The position numbers and the translations under genes were made by a program. The notes below the pieces were generated by a model, which made no database searches, had not been told where the DNA came from, and was given only the letters and a program-made list of their open reading frames with translations. Positions 26,268 to 35,012 of a stretch of DNA of 64,000 bases are shown piece by piece. The DNA is taken from the NCBI GenBank assembly GCA_965205345.1, contig CBDBGQ010000039.1, positions 19,600 through 83,599 on the forward strand, in the 5' to 3' direction. Numbering within the stretch: the stretch's first letter is position 1; the number at the start of each line of letters is the position of its first letter. Origin of the DNA: Acidobacteriota bacterium. Its GTDB lineage: Bacteria > Acidobacteriota > UBA6911 > RPQK01 > CBDAPI01.

Positions 26268-26379
26268 CCGGTCCCAGATTCCCTTCTACCCCCCGTAGCA
26301 GCCCGTGGTGGAAGTCCCACGCGGTCGCGGGCCAGGTTGCAGTGCTTCCACGCGCGGTTCAAAATAGATCTCTTGTGCC

Positions 26380-29208
26380 ATGCAGAAAATCATCGTCCGA
26401 GGGGCCCGGCAGCACAACCTGCGCGACCTGAACCTGGAAATCCCCAGAAACCGGCTGTGCGTGGTGACCGGTCTGAGCGGTTCAGGAAAGAGCAGTCTCG
26501 CCTTCGACACGCTTTATGCAGAGGGCCAGAGACGTTATATCGAGTCGCTTTCCAGCTATGCCCGGCAGTTTCTGGCCCAGATGGAGAAGCCCGACGTCGA
26601 CACGATTGAAGGTCTTTCACCGGCTATTGCCGTTGAGCAAAAGACAACCAGCCGCAGTTCCCGGTCTACAGTCGGCACGATCACCGAGGTATACGATTAC
26701 TTCAGGCTGCTTTTTTCGAGTGTCGGCGTTCCCCACTGCCCGCAGTGCGGGCGAGAGATCAGTAAGCAATCGATTGAACAGATCCTCGACCAGGTTTGCG
26801 GACTCTCCAACGGGAGCCGAGTGACTGTGTATGCGCCCGTTGTGCGGGAACGCAAGGGTGAGTTCAAGAAACTCTTCAAGCGCTTCTACAAGGAAGGGTA
26901 CCTGCGCTGCCGGGTCGATAGTAAAGAAGCTTTTCTGGAAAACCCTCCGGACCTGGACAAGCGAAGAAACCATTCGATCGATGTGGTGGTGGACCGGATC
27001 ATCGTTGGCCCGGACCAGCGGGAGCGATTGGAGTCCTCGATCCGCCAGGCGCTCCGCCTGGCCGACGGGATTGTCACGGTTTCGATGCTGGGGGGAACTG
27101 AAATGCTCTTTTCCGAACGGATGGCCTGCATTCAATGCAATCTCAGCTTCCCTTCTCTGGAGCCCCGGAGCTTCTCCTTCAACAGCCGCTTCGGTGCCTG
27201 CTCGACCTGCAGCGGTCTTGGCACTCAAGCAGAAGTTGATCTCGAGCGGCTGGTCCTCGACTCTTCCAGGCCTGCTTCGGTAGTTCGCCTCCAACTCGAG
27301 CTGCCGGAGCTGGAGTCTCTGTTCAAGGAATCCCTGAGTGCCCTGCTCAGACATTTCCACCAGTCCCCGTCTACCCCTTTCAGCGGCCTCGGGGACGATC
27401 TCAAGCAGGCCCTGCTCTTTGGCTCCAGCGAGCGGCTCACCTTCCACTACGACGACGTTTCCTACCAGGCGGTCTTCCAGGGTCTCAACCAGTGGTTCGA
27501 GGACAGGATCCGCTCTTCCCACAGCCAGCCGCGACGCCAGCAATTGAAGGCCTTCTTGAAGACCACGGACTGCGGGGCCTGCCAGGGCACTCGACTGCAG
27601 TCCGCCAGCCGTTCCGTCAAAGTCAACGGGCTCTCCATTTCGGACTACTGTCGTATGGATCTGCAAGCCTGCGATCAGGCCCTGCAAAGGATCCAGTTCA
27701 GAGAGAGAGAGCAGGCAATCGCCGGATCGATTCTCCTGGAAATCGGAGCCCGGCTCAGAGTCATGCTCGACGTCGGCCTGGGCTATCTGACGATGGACCG
27801 CCAGGGGGGATCTCTCTCCGCCGGCGAGGCACAGCGCATCCGTCTGGCAACGCAAGTGGGATCTCAGCTGAGAGGAGTTCTCTATGTCCTGGATGAGCCA
27901 TCGATCGGCTTGCATCCACGCGACACGAGCAAGCTCCTCCAGACCCTGAAGGAGCTTCGCGATCTGGGAAACACGATTGTGCTGGTGGAACACGACGAGG
28001 ACACCATCCGGGCAGCCGATTACATCCTCGACCTGGGTCCCGGAGGCGGGCACGCCGGTGGACATCTGGTGGCCAGTGGAAGCCTGCAGGATATCATGGC
28101 AAGACCGGCTTCCCTGACCGGGCAATACCTGACTGGAGAGAAGCAGATCAAGCTCCCAACAGAGCGCCGAAAAGGCAATGGTCTGGAGCTCAGGCTCAAG
28201 GGAGTGCGGCACAACAACTTGAAGAACCTCAATGTCTCCTTCCCCCTTGGAAAATTCATTGGCGTCTGCGGTGTTTCCGGGTCCGGCAAATCATCTCTCG
28301 TCGATGAAGTCCTCTACCGAGCCCTCTCTAAGCAGCTCTACGGGTCACTATTGCAGCCGGGAGACCTGGACAACCTGGAAGGGGCCGAACACGTGGATAA
28401 GGTCATCGAGATCGATCAGGCTCCCATCGGGAGGACTCCACGCTCGAATCCTGCGACCTACACCGGCGTTTTTGCCCCCATCCGGGAGTTGTTCGCTTTG
28501 CTCCCGGAATCCCGCGTGCGTGGATACAAGCCCGGTCGCTTCAGTTTTAATGTCAAGGGGGGCCGCTGCGAAGTCTGTAGAGGCGGCGGTCTGCGCAAGA
28601 TCGAGATGAGCTTTCTGCCCGACGTGTACGTGGAATGTGAGGCGTGCCGCGGAAAACGCTACAATCGTGAGACGCTCTCCGTGCGTTTGAAGGGCCACAC
28701 CATCGCCGACATCCTGGAGATGAGCATCGAGATGGCCTATCCCCTGCTGGAGAACATTCCCCAGATCGAAAGGAGGCTCCGCACCCTGATGGATGTCGGG
28801 CTCGGGTACGTGCGCCTGGGACAGCCTGCTACCACGCTTTCAGGAGGAGAGGCTCAGAGAGTCAAGCTGGCGCGAGAGCTGAGCAAGCGGTCCACCGGGG
28901 AGACCCTCTACATCCTGGATGAGCCGACCACGGGTCTCCACTTCGAGGACGTACGGCGCTTGCTTGATATACTGCAGGAGCTCGTCGCGCTTGGAAACAC
29001 GGTCATCGTCATAGAGCACAACCTGGAAGTGATCAAATGCGTCGACTGGCTCATCGATCTGGGTCCCGAGGGTGGCTACGCGGGAGGCCAGATCGTCGTT
29101 CAGGGAACTCCCGAACAGGTCGCCAATTGCGGCGCCTCGTATACCGGCCAGGCACTCCGGAGAGTCTTATTCACAAACCAGCAGAGGACAGCCTCCAGGG
29201 ACCACTGA
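26380..29208 (+). CDS. uvrA: excinuclease ABC subunit A
   Basis: 942 aa. Two ABC modules ([14 protein letters not shown] and [11 protein letters not shown]), zinc-finger cysteines, and LSGGEAQR signatures. Confidence 0.97.
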   Translation: MQKIIVRGARQHNLRDLNLEIPRNRLCVVTGLSGSGKSSLAFDTLYAEGQRRYIESLSSYARQFLAQMEKPDVDTIEGLSPAIAVEQKTTSRSSRSTVGTITEVYDYFRLLFSSVGVPHCPQCGREISKQSIEQILDQVCGLSNGSRVTVYAPVVRERKGEFKKLFKRFYKEGYLRCRVDSKEAFLENPPDLDKRRNHSIDVVVDRIIVGPDQRERLESSIRQALRLADGIVTVSMLGGTEMLFSERMACIQCNLSFPSLEPRSFSFNSRFGACSTCSGLGTQAEVDLERLVLDSSRPASVVRLQLELPELESLFKESLSALLRHFHQSPSTPFSGLGDDLKQALLFGSSERLTFHYDDVSYQAVFQGLNQWFEDRIRSSHSQPRRQQLKAFLKTTDCGACQGTRLQSASRSVKVNGLSISDYCRMDLQACDQALQRIQFREREQAIAGSILLEIGARLRVMLDVGLGYLTMDRQGGSLSAGEAQRIRLATQVGSQLRGVLYVLDEPSIGLHPRDTSKLLQTLKELRDLGNTIVLVEHDEDTIRAADYILDLGPGGGHAGGHLVASGSLQDIMARPASLTGQYLTGEKQIKLPTERRKGNGLELRLKGVRHNNLKNLNVSFPLGKFIGVCGVSGSGKSSLVDEVLYRALSKQLYGSLLQPGDLDNLEGAEHVDKVIEIDQAPIGRTPRSNPATYTGVFAPIRELFALLPESRVRGYKPGRFSFNVKGGRCEVCRGGGLRKIEMSFLPDVYVECEACRGKRYNRETLSVRLKGHTIADILEMSIEMAYPLLENIPQIERRLRTLMDVGLGYVRLGQPATTLSGGEAQRVKLARELSKRSTGETLYILDEPTTGLHFEDVRRLLDILQELVALGNTVIVIEHNLEVIKCVDWLIDLGPEGGYAGGQIVVQGTPEQVANCGASYTGQALRRVLFTNQQRTASRDH

Positions 29209-29223
29209 TTTTGCAGTCTTATC

Positions 29224-30195
29224 GTGTCCAAGTATAAGCAGTTTCGACCCGACAGAATCAACGACTATTCGCTTAGAAACCGTCCCAGCAAGGTGCATCA
29301 GTCCCAATTTGCCAGGCCCTTCACGGGAGACAGTTTCCAGGATTTCCTGGCCTCCCTGCCCGACATCCTGGCCGCGGCCGAACTCAAGCAACTGGCGCAG
29401 CGCATTGCTGCCGCCCGGAGTCGCGATCGCGCCATCATCTGGGCCCTGGGAGGGCATGTCATCAAGACGGGACTCGCTCCTCTCCTCATCCAGTTGCTGA
29501 AGGAAGAGTTCGTCACTGCCATCGCTACGAATGGCAGCGTTATCATTCACGACTTTGAAATTGCCTATTGTGGATCCACTTCCGAAGACGTCGAGAAACA
29601 GCTCGGATCCGGAGCCTTTGGAATGGCCCGGGAGACTGGCCAGTTCCTCAACGAGGCGATCAATCGGGGGGCGGATCAGGACACCGGGATCGGAGAAGCG
29701 GTCGGGCGCTACCTTCAGTCCTGTGCGCTCGAGTTCCCTGACTACTCCCTGGTCCTGCAGGCCTATCAACAGGACGTCCCCCTTACCGTCCATGCGGCCT
29801 ACGGAACCGACATCATCCATAACCACCCCCGTGCCAGTGGCGCCAGCCTGGGAAAGTGTACCGAGATCGATTATCGGATCTTCACTCAGGAGGTGTCACG
29901 GCTTCACGACGGGGGCGTGTTCATCAACGTCGGGTCGGCCGTGCTCCTGCCCGAAGTCTTTTTGAAAGCGGTGTCAGCCGTCCGTAACAGCGGGCAGGAA
30001 CTGTCGGGATTCAGCACGGCCAACTTTGACTTTCTTCAACATTACCGCCCCACCCAGAATGTAGTGAATCGTCCCGTGGAGGGCGACGGAAAAGGATTTG
30101 CCATCACGGGTCACCACGAACTCACCATTCCGCTCCTGGCGGGAATCCTCCTGAACTTGAACGAACCCACAGAGTCAACGAGGTCAGGGGCATGA
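29224..30195 (+). CDS. deoxyhypusine-synthase-like (DHS-like NAD-binding fold) protein
   Basis: ALGGHVIKTGLAPLLIQLLKEEFVTAIATNGSVIIHDFEIA resembles the ...GM...TTGANLxHD motif of COG1899 proteins. Recognised from memory only. Confidence 0.45.
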   Translation: MSKYKQFRPDRINDYSLRNRPSKVHQSQFARPFTGDSFQDFLASLPDILAAAELKQLAQRIAAARSRDRAIIWALGGHVIKTGLAPLLIQLLKEEFVTAIATNGSVIIHDFEIAYCGSTSEDVEKQLGSGAFGMARETGQFLNEAINRGADQDTGIGEAVGRYLQSCALEFPDYSLVLQAYQQDVPLTVHAAYGTDIIHNHPRASGASLGKCTEIDYRIFTQEVSRLHDGGVFINVGSAVLLPEVFLKAVSAVRNSGQELSGFSTANFDFLQHYRPTQNVVNRPVEGDGKGFAITGHHELTIPLLAGILLNLNEPTESTRSGA

Positions 30196-30290
30196 ATGCT
30201 TTCCAGAACATCCTCGAAGCGGTCGGGAATACGCCTCTGATCAAGCTTGAGAAGATCAGCTCTGGTGTCTACATTCACGAGGTTATTTAG
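30192..30290 (+). pseudogene. 32-codon N-terminal remnant of a cysteine synthase / PLP-dependent CBS-family gene
   Basis: Own translation: MNAFQNILEAVGNTPLIKLEKISSGVYIHEVI*. The ILEAxGNTPLxxL segment is the CysK/CysM N-terminal signature. ATGA overlap with the upstream gene. The reading frame ends where a full gene should continue for about 270 more codons. Confidence 0.5.
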
Positions 30291-30314
30291 ATCTCGGACA
30301 AAGAAAGCTCCCAG

Positions 30315-31052
30315 ATGGCCAGGGGTCCCAACAAACGTCATCGTATTCATGAAAGTGGCACCAGGAATCTCGCCGTAGTTATCCCGGCACTGGACGAGGC
30401 CGCGACTGTCGGCGTCGTCGTTCGTGAGGTTCTCGAGCATACTGCTGACTGGTTCACCCGGGTGGTGGTGGCAGACAACGGGTCCAAGGACAAGACGGGT
30501 CAGGTCGCTCGCCAGGCAGGGGCCGAGGTTGTCCTTGCCAGCCCGCGGGGCTACGGTCTTGCCTGCCTCACCGCAGTTGACCATTTGTCTGACTGGCCGG
30601 ACGTTCTCCTCTTCCTGGACGCCGACGGCTCGAGCCGTGCAGCGCAGATTCCATCCCTCCTGATCCCCATCCAGCGCCGGGCGGTCGACCTGGTAATCGG
30701 ATGCCGGCCAGACCGTTCAACGATGACTTTTCCCCAGCGCTGGGGCACTCAACTGGCGATCTCCCTGATCCGCTGTCGCTGGGGATATCGCTTCCAGGAT
30801 ATGGGTCCCTTTCGGGCCATTCGCCATGACGCCTACTGTAAACTGGGGATGCAGGACCAAACCTGGGGGTGGACCGTCGAGATGCAGATCCTGGCTGTTT
30901 TGCAGGGACTCAGCATCCTGGAGGTTCCGGTCAGCTGGCTGCCCCGCCAGGGCGGCGTGTCGAAAATCAGCGGAACTCTGAGCGGAGTGACCCGGGCGGG
31001 AGGCAGGATCCTCTGGACGATTGCTAAGTATTCGTTTCGGTCCAGGGGCTGA
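30315..31052 (+). CDS. glycosyltransferase family 2 (dolichyl-phosphate mannose synthase-like)
   Basis: LAVVIPALDEAATV...VVADNGSKDKTG...LLFLDADGS motifs. Confidence 0.8.
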   Translation: MARGPNKRHRIHESGTRNLAVVIPALDEAATVGVVVREVLEHTADWFTRVVVADNGSKDKTGQVARQAGAEVVLASPRGYGLACLTAVDHLSDWPDVLLFLDADGSSRAAQIPSLLIPIQRRAVDLVIGCRPDRSTMTFPQRWGTQLAISLIRCRWGYRFQDMGPFRAIRHDAYCKLGMQDQTWGWTVEMQILAVLQGLSILEVPVSWLPRQGGVSKISGTLSGVTRAGGRILWTIAKYSFRSRG

Positions 31053-31080
31053 GTTACTGTTAATGGTTAATGGTTATAGG
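31053..31080. repeat. heptamer array GTTACTG TTAATGG TTAATGG TTATAGG
   Basis: Starts at the first base after the GT2 stop codon. Read directly. Confidence 0.75.
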
Positions 31081-31116
31081 CAAAATGAAATAGCACCCCC
31101 CTAATAGGGGGGTCGA

Positions 31117-32340
31117 ATGAGGCATTGTAGAGGCGATGATCTCGAAAAAAAAGCGATACGTCGACGGCGCCAGGTACAGCAACTGTACTTTGACAGAAGA
31201 TGGTCCAAGAAACGGATTGCAAGCCATTTAAGGATGAGTAAGCACACCGTGATCCGGTGGACACAATCTAAGGGAGAGGACGTGAAACGAGACGGGCGTG
31301 GCTGGCCCAAGGGCAAGCGGCGACGCTGGAGCTCGCAGACAGAAAAGCAGGTTGCTGCAATTCATCGCTATCTGAGTCAGGAGCCGACTGAGTTTTACAC
31401 AGGAGCTTCGGCCATTGAGCTTGAGTGGCGGCGGCGGTGGCCTCAAGAGCCGTCTCCACCGCTGAGGACGATAGGGCAGATGATGTCGGATCTGGGGCTC
31501 ACGAAGTCGCCCAAGAAAAGAGACCATCGTGGAGCAGCCGCCTATCTGTGCTACCCGGAACACACGATTTACCAGAGCCTGGGTGGCCGGGTAGTGGAGG
31601 CTGACTTTGTGGGCCAGAAGTATCTGGCCGGCCGCAGTGAACCTCTGCATTTCATAGGCTTTAGCTTCAAGCAGGCCCCCAGGCTTCGCTACTACCAGCG
31701 GGTGAAAGGGCAGACGGCAAAGGCGTTTATCGACGAGACGAGCCGTTTTTTTGAACGCTTCGAAAAGCCATCCTTTATGAAAATCGATAACTGTGCTGCC
31801 ACGATTGGGAGCACTTCGGGGCGACGAAACATCAGCCGGGTTATGCATTTTCTTCTCCAACACCAGGTCGTTCCCATCTACTCGGTCCCCAGAAAGCCCT
31901 TCTCTCAGGCTTCCATCGAGGGCAACAACTCGGTGTTTGCCCGAAAGTTTTGGCGGGCCCGTCATTTTGACAGCCTCAAGTCAGTCGATCAGCAGCTGCA
32001 ATGGTTCAACCAGTCCACTCTCCATTACACTGGCTACCAGAAACCGAAGTGCCGGCAGTCGTGTGAATCATTTCGGCCGCGAGTTTATTTCCTGAGGCAG
32101 GTCCGAGAAGATGACCGCGGCCGATCCACTATCTCGGTGCTCAATGAATCCCTGGAGCTCGATCCCAGCTACGTCAGCTATTTCGTGATCGCTGAATGGA
32201 GTCTGGACACTGAGCGACTAGACGTCCATTTCGAACGGGATCGGCAGCTGTCCACGATTCACTCTCAGCGGTTTTCCATCAATGCCAGTAGCAAGAAGAG
32301 AATCCGGTCAAATGGGGGTGCTGTTTTATCTTGCATCTAA
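31117..32340 (+). CDS. DDE-type (rve/integrase-core-like) transposase with N-terminal HTH
   Basis: 407 aa. HTH-like N-terminus (KKRIASHLRMSKHTVIRW). Candidate DDE residues in EADFVG, KIDNCAA and SIEGNN. Flanked by the 13-nt inverted repeat AAATAGCACCCCC (31087-31099) / GGGGGTGCTGTTT (32311-32323). Family not assigned. Confidence 0.65.
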   Translation: MRHCRGDDLEKKAIRRRRQVQQLYFDRRWSKKRIASHLRMSKHTVIRWTQSKGEDVKRDGRGWPKGKRRRWSSQTEKQVAAIHRYLSQEPTEFYTGASAIELEWRRRWPQEPSPPLRTIGQMMSDLGLTKSPKKRDHRGAAAYLCYPEHTIYQSLGGRVVEADFVGQKYLAGRSEPLHFIGFSFKQAPRLRYYQRVKGQTAKAFIDETSRFFERFEKPSFMKIDNCAATIGSTSGRRNISRVMHFLLQHQVVPIYSVPRKPFSQASIEGNNSVFARKFWRARHFDSLKSVDQQLQWFNQSTLHYTGYQKPKCRQSCESFRPRVYFLRQVREDDRGRSTISVLNESLELDPSYVSYFVIAEWSLDTERLDVHFERDRQLSTIHSQRFSINASSKKRIRSNGGAVLSCI

Positions 32341-32412
32341 CCGTTACCTGTTACCGATTGTTAGTTGGATGTTGAAAACGGCAAGAACCGGAAACTAGCA
32401 ACCAGTAACCGG
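32341..32412. repeat. inverted heptamer arrays CCGTTAC CTGTTAC ... GAACCGG AAACTAG CAACCAG TAACCGG
   Basis: Begins directly after the transposase stop. The left part (32341-32356) and right part (32385-32412) are in mutually inverted orientation around a spacer of about 28 nt. Confidence 0.65.
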
Positions 32413-32433
32413 CGCGAGCGGCAGCGAGCGCCC

Positions 32434-33054
32434 TCAGGACCGTGAGACCAGCTCCAGGAACGTGTGGTGAATCTGCCGCCGGGTGTCGGAGAGCCGACTC
32501 GAATTGTCGATCACAAAATCTGCGTAACGGACCTTCTCCAGCAGCGGCATCTGGCTGCGAATCCGCAGCAGGGCCTCGGACTCGGGCAGTCCGTCCCGGG
32601 TCATTAGACGCCGCAACTGAATCTCCTGGTGGCAGTACACCACCAGGATCACGTCGTACTTCCTGTAAGACCCTGTCTCGACCATGAGCGCTGCGTCCAC
32701 CATTGCCACTTGGGGTCGCAGCGTGCTCAGTTCATCCTCGAGACTGCGTAGAATCCTCTCCTGCTCGGCCAGAATGCAAGGATGGACGATCTGGTTCAAG
32801 TCCTGGCGCCTGGACTCATCTGAGAAGACAATACTTCCCAGCCGGCTCCGATCAATGGTTCTGTCTTCGTTGAGGATTTCGGTGCCGAACTTCTCAACCA
32901 CATCGCTGTAGGCCGAGCCATCTGGTTGGATGACTTCATGGCCGATCTGATCGGCATCGATTCCATAAACACCCAGCCTCTCGAACTCGGCCAGGGCGTT
33001 CGTTTTTCCGCAGGCGATTCCACCTGTGAGACCTACCCGTAACACTCCTTCCAT
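32434..33054 (-). CDS. coaE: dephospho-CoA kinase
   Basis: VGLTGGIACGKT P-loop, about 200 aa, CoaE-type sequence throughout. Confidence 0.9.
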   Translation of the reverse strand: MEGVLRVGLTGGIACGKTNALAEFERLGVYGIDADQIGHEVIQPDGSAYSDVVEKFGTEILNEDRTIDRSRLGSIVFSDESRRQDLNQIVHPCILAEQERILRSLEDELSTLRPQVAMVDAALMVETGSYRKYDVILVVYCHQEIQLRRLMTRDGLPESEALLRIRSQMPLLEKVRYADFVIDNSSRLSDTRRQIHHTFLELVSRS

Positions 33055-33087
33055 GATACGCCGAGTAGTTGCGCTCGCTCCACTCGC

Positions 33088-33218
33088 GCCGTTCCACGTT
33101 GCGCGCTCATGAAAGTGGGCCTCAGGCCGCGACGTCTTGAAAGTGGGAGGTAGACTCAGGGCAGCGACCGTTTAAATCCTCCCGGGAGCCGCCCTGAGTC
33201 TGCCTTCCACTTTCCGCG
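33088..33218. repeat. heptamer-derived element Z (opposite orientation to Y) containing a 24-bp inverted repeat
   Basis: 33091-33117 is a perfect 27-nt reverse-complement match to 42862-42888. Box GGGCCTCAGGCCGCGAC lies at 33117-33133. Arms 33139-33162 and 33191-33214 pair at 22/24 positions. Confidence 0.8.
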
Positions 33219-33413
33219 AGGAACTGTATCGTGCTCATTGTTCACTTCGCTCACTGCGCTTCCTGGGCCAGATCAACATTGCCTTTACACTGCTTCGCCA
33301 GGGATGCACACTGAGGCGCCGACAGTTTGGCATTCGCGCTCTGCCCACCCGGTGCACTGGACAGATCATCTCCGGGACCGGCCCGGACGCCGCACGGAAA
33401 TGGTTGGATTTCG

Positions 33414-34793
33414 GAGCTACCATCAGAAGGTGTGTAAATAGCATAGGCGGTGAGTATCCTTCCGGGTTGATTTAAAATCCAGGGCCGAAAGGCCCGCAAC
33501 GGAAGGAGTACACACCGCATGAGCAAGCAGAACATTGAGGAAAGTGTCGAGTCAAGAGTTTGTTTCGAGGAGCTGGAAGATTGGGTGCGGGAGAAGATCC
33601 AAGGCTGGGTTCAAGAGCTGCTGGAGGAGGAAGTCACGGAGTTATTAGGGCGGCGTAAGAGTGAGCGGCGAAGGGCCGTGGACGCTCCGTCGGGCTATGG
33701 CAATGGATATGGGAAGCCGAGGCATCTGACGCTGAGCTCGGGGACGATCCAGGTTCGAAGGCCTCGAGTGCGGGATCTAGAGGAACACTTTGAAAGTCGG
33801 GTGTTGCCCCTGTTTGCCAAGCGGACGCGGCAGGTTCGAGAACTGATCCCTGAGCTGTACTTGCATGGTCTGGCGCTGGGGGATTTTGATCTGGCTCTGA
33901 GAGGGCTTTTAGGGGAAAAGGCGCACCTGTCGTCCTCCACGGTGGCCAGATTGAAAGAGCAGTGGCAGGCCGAATGGGAGGTCTGGCAGAGTCGACCCTT
34001 GAATGATCTGGAAGTGGTGTATTTATGGGTAGATGGAATCTACGTCAAGGCGGGTCTGGAGAAGGAAAAGGCAGTCCTGCTGGTGGTGCTGGCCGCCTTA
34101 AGTGACGGAAGCAAAGCCGTGGTGTCGGTCACGAGCGGCTATCGGGAATCGACCCAGAGCTGGTCGGAAGTACTGCGCGACTTGAAGCGCCGGGGGATGG
34201 GCTGTCCACGGCTGGTGATCGGAGACGGCCACCTGGGCATCTGGGGAGCTTTGCGCAACGTCTATCCCCAGGCCGAGGAGCAGCGCTGCTGGAATCATCG
34301 GATCGTCAACCTGCTGACCAAGCTCCCTAAGCGAGTGCACAAGCCGGCCTTGCTGATCCTGCGGCAGATCCCTTACGCCGAGACTCGAGAAGAAGCACAA
34401 CGACTCAAGAAGGTTTTTCAGCACTGGTGCCGGCAGCGAGGGCTGACTCTGGCGGCTGAGCTAATCGAGCAGGACTGGGACCGGATGGTGACCTTTTACC
34501 TGCTATCCAAAGAAGCAGTGGCAGCATCTGCGAACCACCAATCCAGTGGAGTCACCGTTTGCCGCTCTTCGGCTGCGAACGGACGCGGCCAAGCGATTCA
34601 AGAAAGTGGAAAACGCCCAGGCGGTGATCTGGAAGATGCTGCTGGTGGCGGAGCAGCGATTCCGCCGGTTGAAGGCACCGGAGCTGATGAAAGATGTCTA
34701 CCAGGGCGCCAAATATGTCAATGGAGTCCCGGTCAACCAAGTCCCGGAGGAGAAAGCCGCCTGATGTTTTTCCACACCTATTGACAAGAGCTC
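33414..34793 (+). mobile_element. IS256-family insertion sequence, copy 2 (1380 bp)
   Basis: Same termini as copy 1. 8-bp target duplication GGATTTCG at 33406-33413 and 34794-34801. Confidence 0.92.
33519..34784 (+). CDS. IS256/Mutator-family transposase with the same +1 frameshift (C-terminal part in ORF 34546..34764)
   Basis: The protein differs from copy 1 by one residue in the listed ORF. The frameshift is at the same ACCTTTTACCTGCTATCC site (34491-34508). Confidence 0.85.
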   Translation: MSKQNIEESVESRVCFEELEDWVREKIQGWVQELLEEEVTELLGRRKSERRRAVDAPSGYGNGYGKPRHLTLSSGTIQVRRPRVRDLEEHFESRVLPLFAKRTRQVRELIPELYLHGLALGDFDLALRGLLGEKAHLSSSTVARLKEQWQAEWEVWQSRPLNDLEVVYLWVDGIYVKAGLEKEKAVLLVVLAALSDGSKAVVSVTSGYRESTQSWSEVLRDLKRRGMGCPRLVIGDGHLGIWGALRNVYPQAEEQRCWNHRIVNLLTKLPKRVHKPALLILRQIPYAETREEAQRLKKVFQHWCRQRGLTLAAELIEQDWDRMVTFYLLSKEAVAASANHQSSGVTVCRSSAANGRGQAIQESGKRPGGDLEDAAGGGAAIPPVEGTGADERCLPGRQICQWSPGQPSPGGESRLMFFHTY

Positions 34794-35012
34794 GGATTTC
34801 GAGATCGATCTGCTAGTCTTTACTGAACAGATACAGGAGGCGCAGCTTGAACCGTCGATCTTTTCTGATCACCACCGCTGGTACGGCAACCACTTTGAAA
34901 CTGGCCCGATCCGCACCTGGGCAAGTCATTGGAACCATCGAGGACCCGGCCAGCCTGACCATCCAAAGGGCGGCAGAGCTGATCCGCCGCCGTCAGCTTT
35001 CTCCCACCGAAC

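Noticed and set aside
30111-30584. 157-aa minus-strand ORF overlapping the end of the DHS-like gene, the cysK remnant and the GT2 start.
   Set aside because: It overlaps three better-supported plus-strand features, has no recognisable motifs and shows shadow-frame composition.
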